Below, one piece after another: positions 26,709-36,961 of a stretch of 46,490 nucleotides of DNA (position 1 is its first letter; the number at the start of each line of letters is the position of its first letter). Both the position numbers and the translations under genes were made by a program. Under the pieces are notes generated by a model. That model did not search any database and was not told the origin of the DNA. It saw only the letters and a program-made list of their open reading frames with translations. Origin of the DNA: Myxococcota bacterium. GTDB lineage: Bacteria; Myxococcota; JACRCW01. The stretch spans positions 1 through 46,490 of the forward strand of contig JBFMGU010000059.1 in assembly GCA_040752415.1 (NCBI GenBank). Reading direction: 5' to 3'.

Positions 26709-27170
26709 CTACCGCAGCGTGCGCTCGAACAGCACCATCCCTGTCCGCCCACGCATCGTGAAATCGCGCCGCACCTCGGTGAATCCGTGCGCAGCATGCA
26801 TGGCCATGGCCGCGTGGTTCTCCGGCGCCGTGAACGAGAAGACGCGCTCGGCGCGCGGTGTGAGCCAGGCCAGTCGCTCGTCGGTGAGCGCGCGCGCCAC
26901 GCCACGTCTACGCCAGTCCGGATGCACCACCACGCCCAGCAGGTACCACCCCGGCGGCGCATCTGCCTCGTCGACAAACCGCGTCATCGCCCATCCCACC
27001 AGCGTCCCCTCGTCATGCGCCAGCACGCCGTGGTTGGTGGGAAGTGTGAGGTAGCCCCGCAGGCGCGTCACGCCGTCAGGGTCCGCTGGAACATCTTGAA
27101 GGGAGTGCAGACGCAGGGCCTCCATGGCGTCCGCGTCGTCGACAACGGCAGTGCGGAGGCTCAGCGCCAA
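26709..27170 (-). CDS. GNAT-family N-acetyltransferase
   Basis: VVHPDWRRRGVARAL acetyl-CoA motif; ENHAAMAMHAAHGF. TTG start uncertain. Confidence 0.85.
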   Translation of the reverse strand: MALSLRTAVVDDADAMEALRLHSLQDVPADPDGVTRLRGYLTLPTNHGVLAHDEGTLVGWAMTRFVDEADAPPGWYLLGVVVHPDWRRRGVARALTDERLAWLTPRAERVFSFTAPENHAAMAMHAAHGFTEVRRDFTMRGRTGMVLFERTLR

Positions 27171-27176
27171 GAATTC

Positions 27177-28715
<1,539 letters not shown>

Positions 28716-28757
28716 GGTGCTCCTCCTGACTTCAAACCTTGTGCGCGGGTGACGACG

Positions 28758-29495
28758 TCACGCCACGTGCGAAAACCCTTCACCGAGATAGACCTTGCGC
28801 GCCACGGGGCTGTCCTTGATGTCCTGCGGTGTGCCGGAAAGCAGGATCTGCCCGCGGTTGATGAGATAGGCGCGGTCGCAGACGTCCAGCGTCTCGCGCA
28901 CGTTGTGATCCGTGATGAGGATGCCCAGCCCACGCGCTTTGAGGTCGCGGATGACGCGCTGGATGTCCGCCACGGCAATGGGATCCACGCCGGCGAACGG
29001 CTCGTCAAAGAGCAGGTGCGTGGGGTTGGTGCACAGCGCACGCGCAATCTCCGCCCGTCTCCGCTCGCCACCACTGAGCTGCTCCCCCAGGCTCTGCGCC
29101 AGCCCGGAGAGGCCGAACTCCGCGAGCAGCGTGTCGGCGCGTGCGTTCTGCTCGGCGCGGGAGAGCTTCATGCCTTCCAGCACGGCCAGCAGGTTGTCGC
29201 GCACGCTCATGCGCCGGAAGATGGACGCTTCCTGCGGCAGGTAGCCCAGCCCCGCGCGCGCCCGACGGTACAGCGGCAGCCCGGTGAGCAACGTGTCACC
29301 CAGCGCCACGCGACCCGCGTCGGGGGTGACCAGTCCGGCCACCATGTGGAAGCTGGTGGACTTGCCGGCGCCGTTGGGACCCAGGAGCCCCACCACCTCG
29401 CCACGACCCACCTCAAAGCTCACGCCGTCCACCACGCGGCGCTTGCCGTAGGTCTTCACCAGGCCCTGGGCCACCAGGCGCGCGTCGAGGGTCAT
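28758..29495 (-). CDS. lptB: LPS export ABC transporter ATP-binding protein
   Basis: GPNGAGKS, GYLPQEASIFR, LSGGERRRAEIAR, DEPFAGVDPI, ITDHNVRETL, VYLG; position before rpoN. Confidence 0.96.
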   Translation of the reverse strand: MTLDARLVAQGLVKTYGKRRVVDGVSFEVGRGEVVGLLGPNGAGKSTSFHMVAGLVTPDAGRVALGDTLLTGLPLYRRARAGLGYLPQEASIFRRMSVRDNLLAVLEGMKLSRAEQNARADTLLAEFGLSGLAQSLGEQLSGGERRRAEIARALCTNPTHLLFDEPFAGVDPIAVADIQRVIRDLKARGLGILITDHNVRETLDVCDRAYLINRGQILLSGTPQDIKDSPVARKVYLGEGFSHVA

Positions 29496-30022
29496 GGCGG
29501 CGTCCCCAACATCTCGGCCGGCACCACGCCGGTGGCCTTCTCGACGGCGATCTCCCCCGTGCCGAGGTTGATGACGATCCGCTCCCCGGCCAGCGCCGCG
29601 CCGCGCTCCTTGGCCTCGGGTTTTCCGGTGAGCTGCACCTCGTTCTTGCCGCCGTCGAACTCCGCACGCTCGGAACGCGCGGTGGCCTGGTCCGTCACCA
29701 CCTTCACCGCGCCCACGCAGGTGGCCGTGGCCAGCCCGCCGCCCGGGGCAAACGTGGCGTTCATCTTGTCGCAGACCAGCTTGAGGTCCTCGCGCCAGAT
29801 GGTGACGTGGCCGGTGCAGGCCAGCGAGCGCGCCTTGGCTCCGTGCAGGTAGCGACAGCTGTCGGCCCGGTAGCCCACCGGCTTGGGCACCACGATGGCC
29901 CCTTTGGTTGCCGGGGAAGCTTGCTGCGGCGCGGAGGCGGACTCCGTCGGCTCCGCGGCCACGCCCAGTGCGGGAGCCGCGAGGAGCAACGCCAACACGG
30001 GGGGCAGCAAGGATGGTGCCAT
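29492..30022 (-). CDS. lptA: LptA/OstA-family LPS transport periplasmic protein
   Basis: Signal peptide; beta-jellyroll pattern TGHVTI...LVCDKM...GAVKVV...LTGKP...LAGERIVINL; 4-bp overlap with lptB. Confidence 0.8.
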   Translation of the reverse strand: MAPSLLPPVLALLLAAPALGVAAEPTESASAPQQASPATKGAIVVPKPVGYRADSCRYLHGAKARSLACTGHVTIWREDLKLVCDKMNATFAPGGGLATATCVGAVKVVTDQATARSERAEFDGGKNEVQLTGKPEAKERGAALAGERIVINLGTGEIAVEKATGVVPAEMLGTPP

Positions 30023-30042
30023 GGCGACCAAGCTAACCCAGA

Positions 30043-30058
30043 AGCAACAGGCACGCCA
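30043..30058 (-). promoter_or_regulatory. Candidate sigma-54 (-24/-12) promoter of lptA-lptB-rpoN
   Basis: Minus strand TGGCGT-GCCTG-TTGCT, below an AT-rich tract at 30100-30145. Confidence 0.55.
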
Positions 30059-30134
30059 GACCCAAAATGCATGTAGGCATGATCCTTGCCCGGAATCATG
30101 CAAAAACACTTGACTTTTTGAAAACGCAGTAAAA

Positions 30135-30989
30135 TCAGTTGGTTGTGTGGGGCTTGACATCGGCACCCACAATGACCAAGCCCAGCCGGTCGGCCATGGC
30201 CACGGTCTTGGGCCGGTCCACCATGATGGTCCGGTGGGCCTCCACGGCCAGCACGCGTACCCCGTTGTCCACGCAGGTCTGGACGGTGCGCGGGCCCACG
30301 GCGGGAAGGTCCAGCCTGAGGTCCTGGTGGGGCTTGACCACCTTGCAGACCACCACGCCGCCCCGGCCGCCGGCGGTGCCGCCCCGACCCAGCTCGGCGC
30401 CGCGCTTGATGGCCGCGTCGGTGCCTTCCAGGGCCTCCACCGCCAGCACGCTGCCCCGACGCACCACCACGGTCTGCCCCACGTCCAGCCCGCCCGTGGT
30501 CTTGGCCACCTGCATGCCGTAGCGGACGTCCTTCTCCTCGTCCTCGGTGGGCTGGAGGCGGGTCATGACGCCGGGGAGGGCCATGTGGTCGGGGATGAAG
30601 GGGGGGACGGGCATGACCAGGATGCCCTTGTCCTCGAAGACCTTGGCCACGCCGCGGAGGAGGGCGTCGTCCTGGAGCTGGCGGCCCAGGCGGTAGACCA
30701 GCTTGAGGGTGGTGAGGTCGGGCGCGGCGCGACGGAACAGGTTCTTCTTGGAGAACCCGCCCACCATCACGCACTCGGTGGCCTCGGCTCGCTGCAGGAC
30801 GCGCAGGATGGCGCCCAGCTGGCCGATCTTGACCTCCTCGAAGACGTCGCTGGCCGCGCGCAGCTCCTCGCCCGTCTCACCCATCAGGGCTGCCGTGGCC
30901 ACCTTGTAGCCCTGCGCGCGCGCTCCTTGTGCCACCAGCACCGGCAGGTCGCCGCTCCCTGCCACCAGACCCAGGACCTTCCCGCTCAT
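30135..30989 (-). CDS. lpxI: UDP-2,3-diacylglucosamine diphosphatase LpxI
   Basis: LGLVAGSGDLP, DDALLRGV, LDVGQTVVV, AVEALEGTDAAI, KPHQDLRLDLPAVGP. Confidence 0.93.
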   Translation of the reverse strand: MSGKVLGLVAGSGDLPVLVAQGARAQGYKVATAALMGETGEELRAASDVFEEVKIGQLGAILRVLQRAEATECVMVGGFSKKNLFRRAAPDLTTLKLVYRLGRQLQDDALLRGVAKVFEDKGILVMPVPPFIPDHMALPGVMTRLQPTEDEEKDVRYGMQVAKTTGGLDVGQTVVVRRGSVLAVEALEGTDAAIKRGAELGRGGTAGGRGGVVVCKVVKPHQDLRLDLPAVGPRTVQTCVDNGVRVLAVEAHRTIMVDRPKTVAMADRLGLVIVGADVKPHTTN

Positions 30990-31174
30990 CGCCCGCGGCC
31001 TCTACTGCGCAACCGGGGTGGGCGGCAAACCTCCCGGGTCCGTCCGGCCTCAGGGCGGCGGCGTCGCGGGTGCGGTGTGGAGGCATCAGGGGCCCGGGCA
31101 TGCCCGCGGCGGCGTTCCAGGCGGGGACGCATGATTTTCCGGCGGTTTTTGCGCGCCACCGCAGCAGCTGCGCG

Positions 31175-31190
31175 TGGCACAGGCACTGCT
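31175..31190 (+). promoter_or_regulatory. Sigma-54 promoter candidate, vWA gene 1
   Basis: TGGCAC-AGGCA-CTGCT, 40 nt before ATG 31231. Confidence 0.65.
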
Positions 31191-31230
31191 AGCGTACGTC
31201 CCCGCCCCCTTGGCGTGAGGTGGAATCCCC

Positions 31231-33291
31231 ATGAGCAAGCCCCCCGTTCGACTCGTGGTCCTAGGCGTCTTCACGGCCGCCGCTTTCGCGGCATGCAGCG
31301 GGGCCAGCGCTCCGTCGTCGGATGAGGAACTCCAGGGTGGCGGCTCGTACAGCACCGGTTCTTCGGGTGCCACCGGGTCCAGCGGCGGGTTCTCCTCGTC
31401 GGCGGGCGGGTCCAACGGGGGAAGCATCGGGGGGAGCAGCTCGGGGTCGGGGTCGGTTGGGTCGTCGAGCAGCGGGGGAGGGTGGTCGTCCTCGGCGGCC
31501 AGCAGCTCCGGCGGGGCGGCAGCCAGCAGCAGCGGGGGGAGCAGCGGGGCGGCGTCGAGCAGTGGGGCGGTGGCGAGCAGCAGCGGGGGAGCCAGCAGCG
31601 GGGCAAGCAGCGCGGCGTCGTCGAGCAGCAGCGGTGCGGCGAGCAGCACGGGGGGGACGTCGGGAACGTCTTCCACGACCTCGACGTCGTCCACGGGTGG
31701 GCCTGGCCTGGATGCCGGTGTGCTCGACGCCGCAGACGCCGCCGACGCCGCCCTTCCCGACGCCAACACGCCAGACGCGAACACGCCCGACGCCGGCACG
31801 CCCGACGCCGCGGTGAACCCGGGCACGGTCATCTCATTCGGCGGCAGCCAGGACTTTGCGTACTTCCGTCAGGAAGTGGAGGGCGGGCGCATCCCGCTGT
31901 GGGACGCCATGGACAGCCCCGGCTTCTTTGCCGAGCACCACACCAGCCTCCCGCCCCCGACGTGCGGCAACAGCATCTGCATCCAGGGCCTCGTGGGCGC
32001 GCGCGAGAACCTCATCAACAACGCGCCGTGCACCGTGATGCAGATTGGCCTCAACAGCCCCAAGCGCATCGAGGATCTGCAGCGCAAGCCGCGTCGCCTG
32101 ATGCTGGTCATCGACGAGAGCGGCAGCATGGTGGGGAACAACCTCACGATGTTGAGGGCGGGCCTGACGCTGATGGGGCAGGACGAGGAGATGACTTCCG
32201 ACGACCAGTTCGCGCTGGTCACGTTCGGCGACGCGGTGGGCGATGTCGTCGACTGGCAACCCTTCACTGACGACGCGTGGAACACCATGGTCGAAAACCT
32301 GGCCGCCGACGAGGGATCGACCAACATCTACGCGGGCCTCATGAAGGGCCTGGAGTTGCTGGCGGAGGGCGGCGTCAACGCGAACTTCGAGAACCGGCTG
32401 ATCCTGCTGTCCGACGGCATGGCAAACCGCGGCGTCACCGACCGCGAACAGATCATCGAAGACGCGTTGGAGCTCATCCAGGAGGGCGTTGGCCTCACGA
32501 CGATTGGCGTGGGTGAGTCCTTCGATCCCACGTTGATGAAAGGCCTCGCCGAGGCAGCGGGTGGCACCTACTACTTCGCCGACAACCAGCAGGCACTCGA
32601 GGAGATCTTCGTCGAGGAGGCCCGCGCTTTCATCGTCCCCGTCGGGTATGAGGTCACCATCGACGTGCAGGCCGGTGCCCACTACGAGCTGCGCGCGAGC
32701 TACGGGGCCAACCAGTTCGAGCTGACGACGGACCGTCGCACCGGGAAGCTGGTGCTGCCCGCCGTGACCCTCGCGCACCGCCAAGCTCACGACGACAACG
32801 AGAACGGACGTCGCGGTGGCGGCAGTGCGCTCATCATCGAAGTCATGCCCGCGTTCAACCCGATGGCGAACTACGCGAACACGCCGGAGGAGTTGCACAC
32901 CAACACCGCCATGGGCCGCGCCACGCTGACGTACAAAGACGCGGAGACGCAGCAGACGTATGCGCAGACCATCAACCTCGACTACCCGCACGGTCCCGAC
33001 GTCATGCTCCCCGACGGCTACTGGACCCACGACGCCATCCAGAAGAACTTCGTGATGATGAACCTGTACGTGGGTTTCCAGCTTGCCGTGGTGGACTACC
33101 ACTCCGGCAACGCCGACGTGGCGCTGGCGGACCTGGACTCCCTGCTCGCCGCCGCGGAGGCATGGAACGTGGAGATTGGTGACGAGGACATTGCCGACGA
33201 CCTGCGCATCGGCCGCCTCCTGCGCGACGCGATTGCCGCAGAGGGCGCGGAGCCCGGCGAGGAGCCCACCGACCCCTGGCCGCAGGACTGA
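31231..33291 (+). CDS. vWA-domain lipoprotein (YfbK-like), paralog 1, long Ser/Gly stalk
   Basis: Lipobox FAAC (Cys22); MIDAS DESGS, STN, LLSDG; ends DPWPQD. Confidence 0.9.
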   Translation: MSKPPVRLVVLGVFTAAAFAACSGASAPSSDEELQGGGSYSTGSSGATGSSGGFSSSAGGSNGGSIGGSSSGSGSVGSSSSGGGWSSSAASSSGGAAASSSGGSSGAASSSGAVASSSGGASSGASSAASSSSSGAASSTGGTSGTSSTTSTSSTGGPGLDAGVLDAADAADAALPDANTPDANTPDAGTPDAAVNPGTVISFGGSQDFAYFRQEVEGGRIPLWDAMDSPGFFAEHHTSLPPPTCGNSICIQGLVGARENLINNAPCTVMQIGLNSPKRIEDLQRKPRRLMLVIDESGSMVGNNLTMLRAGLTLMGQDEEMTSDDQFALVTFGDAVGDVVDWQPFTDDAWNTMVENLAADEGSTNIYAGLMKGLELLAEGGVNANFENRLILLSDGMANRGVTDREQIIEDALELIQEGVGLTTIGVGESFDPTLMKGLAEAAGGTYYFADNQQALEEIFVEEARAFIVPVGYEVTIDVQAGAHYELRASYGANQFELTTDRRTGKLVLPAVTLAHRQAHDDNENGRRGGGSALIIEVMPAFNPMANYANTPEELHTNTAMGRATLTYKDAETQQTYAQTINLDYPHGPDVMLPDGYWTHDAIQKNFVMMNLYVGFQLAVVDYHSGNADVALADLDSLLAAAEAWNVEIGDEDIADDLRIGRLLRDAIAAEGAEPGEEPTDPWPQD

Positions 33292-33366
33292 CCTGCGATC
33301 CGCGCGTGTCACCTGATGCGTGAAGGCATCACCTGACGGATGGCGCGGGGAGTTGCGCCCCAGGAA

Positions 33367-33399
33367 GATCAACGGGTTGCGCGTGGCACGCGCGGTGCT
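33367..33399 (+). promoter_or_regulatory. IHF-like site + sigma-54 promoter candidate, vWA gene 2
   Basis: GATCAA-CGGG-TTG (33367-33379), then TGGCAC-GCGCG-GTGCT (33384-33399). Confidence 0.65.
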
Positions 33400-33426
33400 C
33401 TCGCCGTGCGTGAGGAGGTGCGCCCG

Positions 33427-35055
33427 ATGATGAAGGCCCGGTTGTTCCTGCAGGCGGCGGTGGCGGTGTTGGCGGCGGGAATTCCCGCGTGCATGTGTGA
33501 GGAGGATCTCGCGAGCGCCCCGTACGAGGAGGGCACCGGCAACAGCGCGTCGTCGGGAAGCGGCGGGAGTAGCAGTGGCGGCACCAACGTGGGGTTCGGC
33601 GGGAGCCAGGACTTCGCGTTCTTCCGTCAGGTCGTCGAGGGCGGCGGCATCCCCGGTCCCGACGCCATGGACAGCCCCGGCTTCTTCGCCGAGCACCACA
33701 CCAGCCTCCCCGCTCCGACGTGCGGCAACACCATCTGCCTGCAAGGCATGGTGGGCGCGCGCGAGAACCTCATCAACGACGGGCCATGCACCGTCATCCA
33801 GGTGGGCCTCAACAGCCCGCTGAATGTGGCGGACCTGCCGCAATTGCCCCGCCGCGTCGTCCTCGTCATCGACGAGAGCGGCAGCATGGAGGGGCGCAAC
33901 CTGCAGATGGTGCAGAGCGGGCTGCGACTCATGGCCAGCGAGCTCAATCCCGAGGACAAGTGGGCGCTTGTGACCTTCGGTGACCTCGTGGGGGACGTCA
34001 TTCCGTGGCGCAACTACGACTCGCTGGACTGGAACAACATGGTGGAGAACCTGGCCGCCGACGAGGGCTCCACCAACATCCACGCCGGCCTCATGCGCGG
34101 CCTGGAGCTGCTCACCAACGAGGGCGGCGGCGTGGATCCCGACTACCAGAACCGCCTCATCCTCCTCTCCGACGGCATGGCCAACCGCGGCGAGGTCAAC
34201 GTCGACGTCGTGGTGGAGGAGGCCATGGTGCGCGTGCGGGAGGGCATTGGCCTCAGCACCATTGGCGTGGGCGAGGCGTTCGACCCGATCATGCTCGGTC
34301 GTCTCGCGGAAGCCTCGGGCGGCACGTTCTACTTCGCGAATGACCAGCAGGCGCTGGAGGAGATATTCCTCGAGGAGATTCGCGCCTTCATCGTCCCGGT
34401 GGGCTACGACGTGCGCATCGAGGTGCAGGCCGGCGCCCACTACGAGCTGCGCGCCTCCTACGGGGCCAACCAGTTCCGGCTCACCGACGACCGTCGGAAC
34501 GGTGGCGTGGTGATTCCCGCCGTCACGCTGGCGCACCGGCAGGCGCACAGTGACAACGAGAATGGTCGACGTGGCGGTGGCAGCGCGCTGCTCATTGAGG
34601 TCATGCCCGCGTTCAACCCGGAACAGAACATGTCCACCGTGCCCAGCGAGCTGCAATCCTCGACGGTGATTGGCCAGGCGCGCCTCACGTACGAGGAGGC
34701 CAACACCCAGCGGACCATCCGGGAAGAGGTCATCAACCTGGAGTACCCGCACGGCCCCGACGTCATGCTCCCCGACGGCTACTGGACCCACGACGCCATC
34801 CAGAAGAACTTCGTGATGATGAACCTGTACGTGGGCTTCCAGCTGGCGGTCACAGACTTCCACTCCGGCCGTGGCGACGTGGCGCTGGCCGAGCTGGACG
34901 CGTTGATGGCCGCCGCCACCGCCTGGAACAGCGAGATTGACGACGAGGACATCGCCGACGACCTCCGCATCATGCGCATCCTCCGCGCCAACATCGACAC
35001 CGCCGTGAACGTCCCGCCCGCCGAGGAGACCTCCGATCCCTGGCCGCAGGATTGA
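33427..35055 (+). CDS. vWA-domain lipoprotein (YfbK-like), paralog 2, short stalk
   Basis: GAGGAGG RBS; signal ending GIPAC (Cys22, atypical lipobox); DESGS, LLSDG; ends DPWPQD. Confidence 0.9.
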   Translation: MMKARLFLQAAVAVLAAGIPACMCEEDLASAPYEEGTGNSASSGSGGSSSGGTNVGFGGSQDFAFFRQVVEGGGIPGPDAMDSPGFFAEHHTSLPAPTCGNTICLQGMVGARENLINDGPCTVIQVGLNSPLNVADLPQLPRRVVLVIDESGSMEGRNLQMVQSGLRLMASELNPEDKWALVTFGDLVGDVIPWRNYDSLDWNNMVENLAADEGSTNIHAGLMRGLELLTNEGGGVDPDYQNRLILLSDGMANRGEVNVDVVVEEAMVRVREGIGLSTIGVGEAFDPIMLGRLAEASGGTFYFANDQQALEEIFLEEIRAFIVPVGYDVRIEVQAGAHYELRASYGANQFRLTDDRRNGGVVIPAVTLAHRQAHSDNENGRRGGGSALLIEVMPAFNPEQNMSTVPSELQSSTVIGQARLTYEEANTQRTIREEVINLEYPHGPDVMLPDGYWTHDAIQKNFVMMNLYVGFQLAVTDFHSGRGDVALAELDALMAAATAWNSEIDDEDIADDLRIMRILRANIDTAVNVPPAEETSDPWPQD

Positions 35056-35115
35056 TGCGCCCGCCCCACAACTGAGGCCCGCGCGCATCACCATCTCCCG
35101 ACGACAATCCAACAA

Positions 35116-35148
35116 GATCAACACCTTGGCGCTGGCACGCCCGCTGCT
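35116..35148 (+). promoter_or_regulatory. IHF-like site + sigma-54 promoter candidate, vWA gene 3
   Basis: GATCAA-CACC-TTG (35116-35128), then TGGCAC-GCCCG-CTGCT (35133-35148); same spacing as gene 2. Confidence 0.65.
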
Positions 35149-35180
35149 CTTCCCGCCTCCGTCCTTCCTGGAGGTGTGCG

Positions 35181-36950
35181 ATGAGAAAGAGCGGTGTGGT
35201 CCTCAACGTCCTGACCCTGGCGCTCGCGGTTGGCCTGTCCGCGTGCATGGACAACGCTGGAAGCACCGGAGGCGGTAGCGAGTCCCTCTCCGAGTCCGAC
35301 GAGACGGGTGGAGGGGGAACGTCGTCGGGTGGGTGGGCGGCGTCCTCCAATGGTGGCTCCGGCGGCGGGTCCAGCAGTGGGAACTGGGGCAATGCGGCGT
35401 CGTCGGGGAGCGTGGCGGGGAGCAGCAGCGGCGGCGCGTCCACCTCCAGCTCCTCCGGTTCCTCGACGAGCGGCGGCACGGTCATCGCCTTCGGCGGCAG
35501 CCAGGACTTCGCGTACTTCCGTCAGACGGTGGAAGCCGGTGGCATCCCCCAGCCCACGGACATGGACAGCCCCGGCTTCTTTGCCGAGCACCACACCAGC
35601 CTCCCCTCGCCCACGTGCGGCAACACCATCTGCCTGCAAGGCCTGGTGGGCGCGCGCGAGAACCTCATCAACGGCGGCCCCTGCACCGTCATCCAGGTGG
35701 GCCTCAACAGCCCGCTGAACATTGCGGACCTGCCGCAGCTCCCGCGTCGGATTGCGCTGGTGATCGACGAGAGCGGCAGCATGGAAGGCCGCAACATGGA
35801 GATGGTGAAGGCCGGCCTGCGCCTCATGGCCAGCGAGCTCAACCCCGAGGACAAGTGGGCGCTGGTGACCTTTGGCGACGAGCTGGGTGACGTCCTGTCC
35901 TGGAGCAACTACGACGCGCTCGAGTGGAACCACATGGTGGACAACCTGGCCGCCGACGAAGGCTCCACCAACATCCATGCCGGTCTCATGCGCGGTCTGG
36001 AGCTGCTCACCAACGAGGGCGGCGGCATCGACCCCGCCTACCAGAACCGCCTCATCCTCCTCTCCGACGGCATCGCCAACCGCGGCGTCACCGACGTCAA
36101 CCAGATCGTCGAGGAGGCCATGGTGCGCGTGCGTGAGGGCATTGGTCTCACGACGATTGGCGTGGGCACCGCGTTTGACCCGGTGGTGATGGGTCGGCTG
36201 GCGGAGGCGTCCGGCGGCACGTTCTTCTTCGCGGACGACCAGGACGCGCTGGAAGAGATCTTCCTCGAGGAGATTCGCGCCTTCATCGTCCCGGTGGGTT
36301 ACGACGTGCGCATCGAGGTGCAGGCCGGTGCCCACTACGAGCTGCGTGCGAGCTATGGCGCCAACCAGTTCACGCTGGACCAGGATCGTCGCAATGGTGA
36401 CCTGGTGATTCCCGCCGTCACGCTGGCGCACCGGCAGGCGCACAATGACAACCAGAATGGTCGGCGTGGGGGTGGCAGCGCGTTGCTCGTCGAGGTGATG
36501 CCCGCGTTCAACCCGGAGCAGAACATGTCCACCGTGCCGCCGGAGCTGCAGTCCAACACGGCCATTGGCCAGGCGCGGCTCACCTACCAGGAGGCGAACA
36601 CGGAGCGGACCATCCACGAGGAGGTCATCAACCTGGAGTACCCGCACGGCCCCGACGTCATGCTCCCCGACGGCTACTGGACCAACGACGCCATCCAGAA
36701 GAACTTCGTGATGATGAACCTGTACGTAGGCTTCCAGCTGGCGGTGACCAACTACTGGAGCGGGCAGGGTGAGCAGGCGCTGGCGGACCTGGATGCGCTG
36801 ATGGCCGCCGCCACGGCGTGGAACAGCGAGATTGGCGACGAGGATATTGCCGACGACCTCCGCATCATGCAGCTGCTGCGCAACAACATTGACGCGGAAG
36901 TGAACGAGCCCCCGGCGGAAGAGCCCAGCGACCCCTGGCCGCAGGACTGA
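35181..36950 (+). CDS. vWA-domain lipoprotein (YfbK-like), paralog 3, intermediate stalk
   Basis: GGAGG RBS; lipobox LSAC (Cys22); DESGS, LLSDG; ends DPWPQD. Confidence 0.9.
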   Translation: MRKSGVVLNVLTLALAVGLSACMDNAGSTGGGSESLSESDETGGGGTSSGGWAASSNGGSGGGSSSGNWGNAASSGSVAGSSSGGASTSSSSGSSTSGGTVIAFGGSQDFAYFRQTVEAGGIPQPTDMDSPGFFAEHHTSLPSPTCGNTICLQGLVGARENLINGGPCTVIQVGLNSPLNIADLPQLPRRIALVIDESGSMEGRNMEMVKAGLRLMASELNPEDKWALVTFGDELGDVLSWSNYDALEWNHMVDNLAADEGSTNIHAGLMRGLELLTNEGGGIDPAYQNRLILLSDGIANRGVTDVNQIVEEAMVRVREGIGLTTIGVGTAFDPVVMGRLAEASGGTFFFADDQDALEEIFLEEIRAFIVPVGYDVRIEVQAGAHYELRASYGANQFTLDQDRRNGDLVIPAVTLAHRQAHNDNQNGRRGGGSALLVEVMPAFNPEQNMSTVPPELQSNTAIGQARLTYQEANTERTIHEEVINLEYPHGPDVMLPDGYWTNDAIQKNFVMMNLYVGFQLAVTNYWSGQGEQALADLDALMAAATAWNSEIGDEDIADDLRIMQLLRNNIDAEVNEPPAEEPSDPWPQD

Positions 36951-36961
36951 ACGAAGTTCCG

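Noticed and set aside
31231..36950. Diversity-generating retroelement or invertible shufflon in the vWA repeats
   Set aside because: No reverse transcriptase or recombinase; differences are not adenine-specific; all copies are complete co-oriented genes.
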